Shown here: positions 9,517 through 16,820 of the stretch, in pieces
Numbering within the stretch: position 1 is the first letter of the stretch
Layout: every line of letters begins with the position of its first letter
Assembly: GCA_039803205.1 (NCBI GenBank)
Contig: JBDRYB010000025.1
Span: 1-27,020 of the forward strand
Direction: 5' to 3'
DNA from: a candidate division WOR-3 bacterium
Lineage (GTDB): Bacteria; Hydrothermota; Hydrothermia; JBDRYB01
Length of the DNA stretch: 27,020 bases
Made by a program: the position numbers and the translations under genes
The notes under the pieces: model-generated
Told to the model about the DNA's origin: nothing
Database searches by the model: none
What the model saw: the letters and a program-made list of their open reading frames with translations, nothing else

Positions 9517-10896
9517 CTACCCAGCGGATCCCGTTTTAGCCTTTTCCCCTATTATTTTCCTTACCGCGGCCATCGCTTCCTCTCTCGTCTTTATCTTCCC
9601 CTCAGCCCTCAGGTCATCTATCTCTTCCAGTATTTCTCGGAAGATGGGGCCTGGCTTAAGGCCCATGGATATGAGGTCATCCCCCGTGATGAGCCTCGGC
9701 TGTTTCATCTTTTCTTTCTCCGTCTCCTCAATGAAATCGTGAAGCGACTTAGCGAGTATGAGGTGAGAGACAACGCCCTGGTGCGATAGATAGGAGCTGA
9801 GCGCATCAGCGTAAGCGAGGACAATTATGGGAAATGCCCATGCGCCCGCTCTCCTGAGAAAACGGTTCATGGCCCTGCGGGTTGGACCCTCTCCCTGACC
9901 GAGGAAGTGCGGGTGCATGTGATTTGAGACCAGAAGCGTCAAAGCATCTGCCTCTTGCCCGCTCATCCTGAGCCTCTTGGCTATTCCTCTGGCCATCTTG
10001 GCGCCAAGAGCGTCGTGGCCGTAGAAGTGGACCTCCCCTTCTTCCTCCTGATATGTGTGAGGTTTCCCTATGTCGTGCAAAAGGGCTGATAGCACGAAAA
10101 CCGCCCTCATTGAGGTGTCATCAAGGACAACCAGATGCTTCCTGTAATGAGCAAAAGGGGTTATGCCTATATTCCACAAAACTCCCCCCGCTACCGCGGC
10201 TGTCGCAAAGGAGTGCTCAAGTAGGTTGTTCCCTCCCCAATCAGCATCAGAATCAACGAGCTCGGGCAGGATCACCCTGAGGAGGCCTGATTCCCAGGCA
10301 CCCCGGAGGGCCTGGGCGAGGTTCTGGCCAACCAGGAGAAGCTTCATCTCAACCCAGACCCTTTCCGGAGCAACGATCCCAATGCCTCCCGCCTCTTTTT
10401 TTATCCAGGAAAGGGTTTCGGGTTCAACGGAAAATCCGAGCTCAGACACAAACCGAAAAGCCCTGAGGCACCTCAGGGCATCCGCTCTGAGATTCTCTTG
10501 GGATAAGGCTTTGATGTGTCCGGAACGGAGATCGGAAAGCCCACCGGCCGGATCTATTAGCCTCCCTTTCGGGGTTAAAGCTATAGCGTTTATCGTGAAA
10601 TCCCTCTGGGCCAGGTCATCCAGAATGTCCTTGCCCCGCAATTCGGCAAGATCAACCCAGCCATCCCCTGCTATGACTCTAAGGATTCCATCGTCCAGCT
10701 GAACCACCGGCGCGTTTCCGAGGGAGGCAGATAGCCTTCGGGCGGCGCCCGTGGCATCGCGGGGCACGACTACATCCCAATCCTTTATTGGCCTTCCAAG
10801 AAGGGCATCTCTGACCGCTCCTCCAACGAGAAACCAATCTTTCCCAAGCGCCTTCCTTCCGGGGAGGCTCTTCGGGAGGGATTTGGGATTGGGCAT
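9517..10896 (-). CDS. cca: tRNA nucleotidyltransferase/poly(A) polymerase family protein with HD domain (probably CC-adding type)
   Basis: LVGGAVRD...DWD (motif A), DLAQRDFTINA (motif B), ADALRCLRAFRF (motif D), HD domain (EHS...LLHDIGKP...GHD...NHMHPH), C-terminal LITGDDL..GLKPGP. TATAAT lies 6 nt upstream of ATG 10896. Confidence 0.88.
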   Translation of the reverse strand: MPNPKSLPKSLPGRKALGKDWFLVGGAVRDALLGRPIKDWDVVVPRDATGAARRLSASLGNAPVVQLDDGILRVIAGDGWVDLAELRGKDILDDLAQRDFTINAIALTPKGRLIDPAGGLSDLRSGHIKALSQENLRADALRCLRAFRFVSELGFSVEPETLSWIKKEAGGIGIVAPERVWVEMKLLLVGQNLAQALRGAWESGLLRVILPELVDSDADWGGNNLLEHSFATAAVAGGVLWNIGITPFAHYRKHLVVLDDTSMRAVFVLSALLHDIGKPHTYQEEEGEVHFYGHDALGAKMARGIAKRLRMSGQEADALTLLVSNHMHPHFLGQGEGPTRRAMNRFLRRAGAWAFPIIVLAYADALSSYLSHQGVVSHLILAKSLHDFIEETEKEKMKQPRLITGDDLISMGLKPGPIFREILEEIDDLRAEGKIKTREEAMAAVRKIIGEKAKTGSAG

Positions 10897-10944
10897 ATAC
10901 AAATTATAAAGCGAGAAGGGGAGCGATTCCAGTTCGGGACTGGA

Positions 10945-11787
10945 CTATTTGACCGTCAGAAGGTTCACAACCAACAGAGAATAAACGAAAGCGGCAAGGG
11001 CGGCCAGGAGGGTTTCAAGCTTCTTTGAGGCAGGTGGGCCCAGATGATCTAAGGGGACGAGCGCTATCCAGGCCCGCCCCCACGCGGAAACGAAAGAGGG
11101 GTTCAGCCTCGCGGAGAGGGTTTTCAGGTTCCATGTCATGAGGATCAGGAGACCCATGATCCCAGCGTATTTCTCGAGGAAAAACGCGCCCCCGAGCGCG
11201 TTCCAGGCCCCGTGCATTCCTACAGCCGCACAAAAAGCGAGCAAGACGAGCCACCACCACCCTCTTGTTCTCCTTGAGAACCTTGCCCTAGCAAGGGCAA
11301 ACCCCACAACCCCAGTGAAAGCCACATGCGTCGGGACGCTCCTAGCGATGGCCACGGATACGATCGTCCTGTAATAGGATTCTGGATCGTGGGATAAGGA
11401 CTGATATGCACCCTGCAATATGTAGCCCATGTTCTCGGTGAGGGCAAAACCCGCGCCAATAAAGCACGCTATGATGAAGCACGGTAAGGGGTCTTTTGGT
11501 TTCACGGCCCAGGCCATAGTTAGAAACAGGATGGTCTTCATACCTTCCTCTATGAAACCAGCCTCAAAGAAATCCCTCCACATCCATTGCTTTATGAACC
11601 AGGGCCTTATCTGATCGGGATCAAGCCAAGTCTTTGCTATGAGAACAGCGACCGCGGCTGTCATTCCTAGGGCGAGGGCAAAGGCCAGGGTGAATGGCGA
11701 TTGTCTCGCCCTTCTATCAATTAGCAGGAGGAGTCCGGCCCAGAACCCGTTGAAAAGAAAGGAAAGAAGAACAGCGTCAGCGTTCAA
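10945..11787 (-). CDS. prsW: PrsW-family intramembrane glutamic protease
   Basis: 280 aa, multi-TM; AGFIEEGMK (EExxK), GAGFALTEN (FxxxEN), PTHVAFTG and HGAWN motifs; TTG start overlaps aroA stop. Confidence 0.8.
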   Translation of the reverse strand: MNADAVLLSFLFNGFWAGLLLLIDRRARQSPFTLAFALALGMTAAVAVLIAKTWLDPDQIRPWFIKQWMWRDFFEAGFIEEGMKTILFLTMAWAVKPKDPLPCFIIACFIGAGFALTENMGYILQGAYQSLSHDPESYYRTIVSVAIARSVPTHVAFTGVVGFALARARFSRRTRGWWWLVLLAFCAAVGMHGAWNALGGAFFLEKYAGIMGLLILMTWNLKTLSARLNPSFVSAWGRAWIALVPLDHLGPPASKKLETLLAALAAFVYSLLVVNLLTVK

Positions 11788-13022
11788 ACCAGTCTCCTTA
11801 TGTCCTCGTAGAAGCCCGGATAAGATATTTCAGGAGCAGAGGGATGGTCCAGCTGGAAATCAACGCCAAAGGCCGAGCACGCGACCGCAAAACCCATCGC
11901 GAGACGGTGATCCCCTTGGGTTTCAAACCGACCGCCCCTGAACCTGAAAGGCCCCTTTACCCTGAAACCATCAGGGAATTCCTCGGCTTCGGCTCCCTGG
12001 GCTCTGAGATTCTTAACCAGAAGGGTTATCCTGTCCGATTCCTTTGACCTGAGGCCCTCGGCCCCGCGCACCGTTATGATGCCATCGGTTATGCTGGCAA
12101 GGACCCCGAGTAGGGTCAGCTCGTCTATTGCTGATGCCGCCTCATCAGGTCCGATCTCTGCTCCGGAAAGGATTTCAGAGTGCTCCACGAGGAGGTCCCC
12201 AACCGGCTCCGGTCCCTCAGAATGGACCTCCCAGCTCAGCCTCGCGCCCATTTTTACAAGCGCTTCATATAAACCCATTCTGGTCGGGTTGAGGCAGAGC
12301 CCTTTGATGATTAGGGGTGGGCCCTTTCTCATGAGCCTGAAAGCCACGAGAAAGGCCGCAGAGGAGGGGTCTCCCGGAACAGTAAGATCAAAGCCTGGAA
12401 TTGGCCTTGTAGGCCGGAGCCTTATTTGCTCTCCAATGGTTATATCCTCCCCAAGCCACCGCAGGAGCCTTTCGGTGTGATCCCGTGTCCTCACGGGTTC
12501 GGTAAAGATGAGGTTTCTACCGCCAGCAAGCCCGGCTAGAAGGAGTCCGGACTTGACCTGAGCTGAGGGGCTTTTTGCGGCCCATGTGATGTCCTTCGTT
12601 ATTCCTGATACGACCTCCACTGGCGGATATTTGCCCCTGCTCAATAATATGACGGCTCCAGCCGAGCAGAGCGCCTCAGATATCCCGTCCATGGGCCTCT
12701 TCCGGAGAGACTCGTCCCCATCAAGCACAGCCCTTATGCCAGTCCCGGAGAGGAGCCCGAGAAGGAGCCTCATCGTTGTTCCTGAGTTGGCGCAGTTCAA
12801 TGGCCTGCTCGGAGGGATAAAGGACTTCGGCTCAACACGAAGTTGCTGATCTTCCGATGAGATCTCAGAACCCATAGCGCGCAGGCAGTCTATGGTTGCC
12901 ATCACATCAAGGCCTTTGTTGGGGTTGCGTATACAGCAGGGTTCCGAGGCTATAGCGGAGAGAATTAAAGCCCTGTGGGAGATGGATTTATCAGGAGGCG
13001 GAGTGAGAATCCTCTCAGGCAC
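11784..13022 (-). CDS. aroA: 3-phosphoshikimate 1-carboxyvinyltransferase (EPSP synthase, class II-like)
   Basis: 412 aa; DKSISHRA, NSGTTMRLL, SAQVKS, RDHTERLL, PGDPSSAAF, NPTR, IDE, KESDRI, DHRLAM, SYPGF. Confidence 0.95.
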   Translation of the reverse strand: MPERILTPPPDKSISHRALILSAIASEPCCIRNPNKGLDVMATIDCLRAMGSEISSEDQQLRVEPKSFIPPSRPLNCANSGTTMRLLLGLLSGTGIRAVLDGDESLRKRPMDGISEALCSAGAVILLSRGKYPPVEVVSGITKDITWAAKSPSAQVKSGLLLAGLAGGRNLIFTEPVRTRDHTERLLRWLGEDITIGEQIRLRPTRPIPGFDLTVPGDPSSAAFLVAFRLMRKGPPLIIKGLCLNPTRMGLYEALVKMGARLSWEVHSEGPEPVGDLLVEHSEILSGAEIGPDEAASAIDELTLLGVLASITDGIITVRGAEGLRSKESDRITLLVKNLRAQGAEAEEFPDGFRVKGPFRFRGGRFETQGDHRLAMGFAVACSAFGVDFQLDHPSAPEISYPGFYEDIRRLV

Positions 13023-13090
13023 GCGGTTATTTTGAAGGTTTTGGCTTATCTAGCGCAAGTGAACGCGGTTCCCCCTCCAATTTGCCCCCC

Positions 13091-13505
13091 TTGAGATCTC
13101 GCATACTCTCATCCCCCAGAAACAGGTTCTGATGCAGGATAGCCTGGCGTATCCTCCTCGCGATCGTTCAAGACACAGGAGTGCCTTGGTGAAGACGCTA
13201 TACCTCCTCTCGTAGCTCGTGAGGCTGGGTATGAAGGTAATGAGGAATATGGCCTTTATCACTTCCTTGAGATGCTCAAGTCCCTCGTATGTCTTTGTGG
13301 ACTTGAATGTCTCCTCAACGAGGAACCCTCCTTGTTTGATACTTGTGGAGAAAGGGTCATATTTTTTCTCCTTTCCCGGCCCTTCCTCCTTGGGGCCGGG
13401 ATTATATTTTCATCCATCAGGGCCTCCCTGGGCCACTACGGCCCCAAGGGTTTGAGAGCCTTGCAGGATAAGGGTTTCAGAGGGGAGGAAAGTGTGAGAT
13501 CTCAG
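13091..13505 (-). mobile_element. Internally deleted IS remnant / MITE-like element (IS4-superfamily, IS1634-like) with transposase C-terminal fragment
   Basis: Imperfect terminal inverted repeats TTGAGATCTCGCA (13091-13103) and TGTGAGATCTCAG (13493-13505), 11/13 match. Internal TATAAT, hairpin and AAGGAG-N7-ATG (13360). Frameshifted coding remnant Y-Q-T-R / FLVEETFKSTK...GLEHL...IKAIFLITFI resembles the YREK motif. No target-site duplication visible. Confidence 0.55.
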
Positions 13506-13508
13506 TTA

Positions 13509-14309
13509 CTAGCCGACTTTTATTCTGTCAGCCCTGAGGCTCTTTATCCCCCCATCCTCGTCCAGAACCACTATGGAGCCCTTGCGATAGTAAATTGGGC
13601 ATACGCGCCTTCTTTCCATGCGCCGACCCGACGGATACAGGAACTCCACCACCCCGCCGGAGCCCCTTGCGGCCCTAAATATCTCCATAACTGATGGCGG
13701 ATAGAGGTTTGCCCTGAAGTATGGCAGTATGTCCAGGAGGGTCTCCTTTCCGTAGTCGGCAAAACGATCCATCAAAGCAAGCCAGACCCTGAGGACCAGC
13801 CTCGCGTCGTGGAGGGCCTTGTGGCGCTCGCCCTCCCGAACCCCCAGAGCCCTCGCGAGGGAGGAAAGGTCCCTGCGCTCGCCGGGAATCAGGGCTGTTT
13901 TCTCCAAAAGGTTCGTATCTATCACGATGTTGTTCAGGGGCCTCATGCCTGAGCGTGCCAGCTCCATGTTCAGAAAAGGGATGTCAAACGAGAGGGCCCT
14001 GTGACCAAGGATAACCGTTCCCGAAAGGGCTTCTGCTACATCCCCGGCTATCTCTCGGAACAAGGGCGCGCCCGCGAGATCATCAGAGGATATGCCGTGA
14101 ACCCTGAGCGCACCAGGCTTTACAGGGGTCTCCGGGTTAACCCTGTCAAGGAACTCCGCGGCCCGCCCGCCTTTCCTCCAACGGACTATCCCTATCTCAA
14201 CTATCCTGTCAGCCCAGGGGTGAATTCCTGTGGTCTCTGTATCAATTGCCGCGTATGTGATCCCGTTAATCCTCAGCCTGGCAAGCTGTTCCCGTGATGA
14301 AAAGATCAA
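13509..14309 (-). CDS. DEDDh 3'-5' exonuclease (DnaQ-like) with C-terminal WYL-like domain
   Basis: Exo I IDTETTG, Exo II GHRALSFDIPFL, Exo III HKALHDA. C-terminal VEFLY...RRRVCP...KSLRADRI. TTG at 14309 overlaps the suhB stop (TTGA) and is preferred over ATG 14354. Confidence 0.85.
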   Translation of the reverse strand: MIFSSREQLARLRINGITYAAIDTETTGIHPWADRIVEIGIVRWRKGGRAAEFLDRVNPETPVKPGALRVHGISSDDLAGAPLFREIAGDVAEALSGTVILGHRALSFDIPFLNMELARSGMRPLNNIVIDTNLLEKTALIPGERRDLSSLARALGVREGERHKALHDARLVLRVWLALMDRFADYGKETLLDILPYFRANLYPPSVMEIFRAARGSGGVVEFLYPSGRRMERRRVCPIYYRKGSIVVLDEDGGIKSLRADRIKVG

Positions 14310-15088
14310 CCCAGCACTTCCCTTATTGCCTCCAACATCTGCTCGTGGATCCAAGGGTTTGCCGCCAGCACTGATGAAGAGGAGAGAAATTCCTCTCTGC
14401 CATCAAAATCGGTCATCAGGCCTCCAGCCTCCTTCACGAGGAGGTAGCCAGCCGCGACATCCCAAGGGTAGAGCTGAAACTCCCAGAACCCATCGTAGAT
14501 GCCGGAAGCCACATGCGCCAGATCGAGGGCCGCGGCACCAAGCCTTCTGACAGAAAGGGCATCGCGGAAAAGCCTCTTGAATGTTGCCAGATAAAGATCC
14601 ATATCCTGCTTTCTCCTGTGGGGGAAGCCCGTCGCAAGGAAGCTCCCCAGAAGCTCTTTCTTTTCAGAGACGCAGAGCCTCCTGGTGTCGCAGAACGCTC
14701 CCTGGCCCTTTAACGCCGTATATGTCTCGTTTCTCGTGGGATCGTGGACAACGCCAAGCCTTATCTCCCCGTCAATTGCCAGCGCTACTGAAACAGCGAA
14801 CACGGGGAGACCCCGATAGTAATTCTTCGTTCCATCGAGAGGGTCTATTATCCAGACCATCTCGCCTTTGCCGAACTCCCCTTTCTCTTCCGCTAGGAAG
14901 TGCGAGTCCGGGAACGCCTCGCTTATGATCCGGACTATCTCGGCCTCGGACGCCCTGTCCCATTCTGTTACGATGTCATCCGGGCCCTTCGTCTCCGCGT
15001 CCGAGAGCCTAAGGGTCCTGAATCCCTGCATGAGGACCCGGCCTCCGGCATGGGCGGCCCGGATGGCGGTGTTGAGAAGATGTTTCAT
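14306..15088 (-). CDS. suhB: Inositol monophosphatase family protein
   Basis: 260 aa; DIVTEWDRASE, LAEE, WIIDPLDGTKNY, RRLGAAALDL, WDVAAG. Confidence 0.92.
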   Translation of the reverse strand: MKHLLNTAIRAAHAGGRVLMQGFRTLRLSDAETKGPDDIVTEWDRASEAEIVRIISEAFPDSHFLAEEKGEFGKGEMVWIIDPLDGTKNYYRGLPVFAVSVALAIDGEIRLGVVHDPTRNETYTALKGQGAFCDTRRLCVSEKKELLGSFLATGFPHRRKQDMDLYLATFKRLFRDALSVRRLGAAALDLAHVASGIYDGFWEFQLYPWDVAAGYLLVKEAGGLMTDFDGREEFLSSSSVLAANPWIHEQMLEAIREVLG

Positions 15089-15203
15089 GTTTCCGCGAGA
15101 AATGGTTCTGAAGCTGGGTTTTTCGCACGGACAAATTATAACTCCTAATGCGGGTTAGCCTCAATATAAACAGGCTCAGCCCCGTGATCCTCAGTGCCCG
15201 GGC

Positions 15204-15974
15204 TCAAGGCTCCTCTCTCGCCAGGATGTTTGACCAAACTACGGTTATTGTGATCGTGTAGAAGAGGCTTATGTGCCAGGCTATGGCTCCGAGGAGGTTT
15301 GCGAACATACCCGAGCTCCAGCAGAGCCAGTAGAGATAAAAGAAGAAGAGCATCCCAACCAGGACGCTCAGCGCGGCCCTAATTTTGGTCCTCAGGAGCA
15401 AACCCATCCACTTCTCCCCGACGGATTCCAAGAGGGACCTCGTTGCCGAGCCCCTCCCCAGTAGGCCAAAGAGCAAGGCCGTAATGCCAGCTCCGAGCAT
15501 CATTACGAGTGAAAGGACGAAGTTATTGGCCGAGTTCCCTATCCCCATCATCCCCAAGACAAAATACAGAGGGGGAAGTAGGAGGGTTGAGGCCATAAAC
15601 CATGTTGAGACCCTTTTTGTGGCTTTGATAACCCGAGAAGCGAATGCTCGGGAGATTATCACGCCGGGATACGCCATGAAGAACCAGGCAGTGTAACCTA
15701 AAGCAAAGACGAGAACCAAACCCGCAAAACTAAGAGCAACCAACAAAGCGCCTCCCAGGATGGTAATGAGGAGGTTATCCGAGTGTATTAGTTGCCAAGC
15801 AACAGGATAGAGCTTTGGCACGAGTCCCATGTCCGGCTCAAGGAAAACCACATAACAAATGCTGATGCTTCCCACGAATGACGCGAAGTAATAGAAAAAT
15901 TCCAGTATTATTGGTAAGCAGCCCGCCAAAAGCTCTTCCCTGGGTCCTTCTGGTTTCATGTTGGTCGCATGCAT
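15204..15974 (-). CDS. Hypothetical polytopic membrane protein
   Basis: 256 aa with about 6-7 hydrophobic segments and no recognised motif; start may be ATG 15959. Confidence 0.65.
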   Translation of the reverse strand: MHATNMKPEGPREELLAGCLPIILEFFYYFASFVGSISICYVVFLEPDMGLVPKLYPVAWQLIHSDNLLITILGGALLVALSFAGLVLVFALGYTAWFFMAYPGVIISRAFASRVIKATKRVSTWFMASTLLLPPLYFVLGMMGIGNSANNFVLSLVMMLGAGITALLFGLLGRGSATRSLLESVGEKWMGLLLRTKIRAALSVLVGMLFFFYLYWLCWSSGMFANLLGAIAWHISLFYTITITVVWSNILAREEP

Positions 15975-16036
15975 CTTGATCTCAGAAAGTATAATGTGAT
16001 TATAATGTGCCTAGCAACCTCCTGTGTCCTCTGCCA

Positions 16037-16807
16037 TCAGAAAGGATAAAGCTCAATCCCCCCGTCCCTCCTCCTCGCGCCCACCCCGAAGACCTCCTTT
16101 ATGAGATCAGGCCTCAGAACTTCCCCGGTTAGACCCTGTGCGGCTATCGCTCCGTCCCTGAGAACGAGAATGTGATCCGTGTATCTGGCCGCGAGAGAGA
16201 GATCGTGTAGAACAGCTAGGACAGCCCTTCCCTCCCTTGCCAGTCTGGCGAGAAGTTCCATGATCAGAAACCCGTGGCGCGGGTCTAGATGGGCTGTAGG
16301 CTCATCAAGTAGGAGCACAGACGCGTCCTGAGCTATAACCCTTGCCATCCTTGCCATCAGAAGTTGGCCCTGGCTGAGGTTTTCAAGGGGGACATCCTTT
16401 ACATCTGAGAGCTCAACCTCGCTGATTGCTCTCTCGGCTACGGCCATGTCCTTTTTGGTGATCGGGGAGAACGGGGGCTTCAGCAGGTGTCTTGCCAAGA
16501 GCACATAGTCCATCACCCGCATGGGCCCAGGGACGATCTCATCAAGGAGCAAGGAGCAGACCGATGCGAATTCCCTTGGTCTAAAGGAGTCTCTGGGTTT
16601 GCCCCTCAAGAAGACCTTACCAGACAGGGGCCTGAGTGTGCCGGCAAAGCACCTGAGCAGGGTTGTCTTGCCGGATGCGTTCGGGCCAACTATTCCCCAG
16701 AATTCCCCGAGGCTAACAGAAAAGGATATTCCTCTCAGGATCTCAGCCTTGCCGTATGAGGCCTTCAACTCCTGAGCTGAGATGGCCCAGTGATCTTGCT
16801 CTGACAA
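16037..16807 (-). CDS. ABC transporter ATP-binding protein, iron-siderophore/heme/cobalamin (FepC/BtuD-like) family
   Basis: 256 aa; Walker A GPNASGKTT, signature LSQGQ, Walker B VLLLDEPTAHLD, H-loop VLHDLSLAARY; 13 nt downstream of the TonB receptor gene. Confidence 0.88.
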   Translation of the reverse strand: MSEQDHWAISAQELKASYGKAEILRGISFSVSLGEFWGIVGPNASGKTTLLRCFAGTLRPLSGKVFLRGKPRDSFRPREFASVCSLLLDEIVPGPMRVMDYVLLARHLLKPPFSPITKKDMAVAERAISEVELSDVKDVPLENLSQGQLLMARMARVIAQDASVLLLDEPTAHLDPRHGFLIMELLARLAREGRAVLAVLHDLSLAARYTDHILVLRDGAIAAQGLTGEVLRPDLIKEVFGVGARRRDGGIELYPF

Positions 16808-16820
16808 TTTCTCTTGCCCT

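Noticed and set aside
10928..10944. TCCAGT-TCGGG-ACTGGA hairpin as a terminator for aroA-prsW
   Set aside because: Only a 6-bp stem with no U-tract on the coding (minus) strand
13050..13262. 70-aa ORF as a genuine stand-alone gene
   Set aside because: It is better explained as the frameshifted tail of the IS remnant and runs through the putative TIR
15984..16012. dif (XerCD) site at AGTATAATGTGATTATAATGTG
   Set aside because: The centre between ATAA and TTAT is 5 bp rather than 6, and the XerD arm TTATGTTAAAT is not matched
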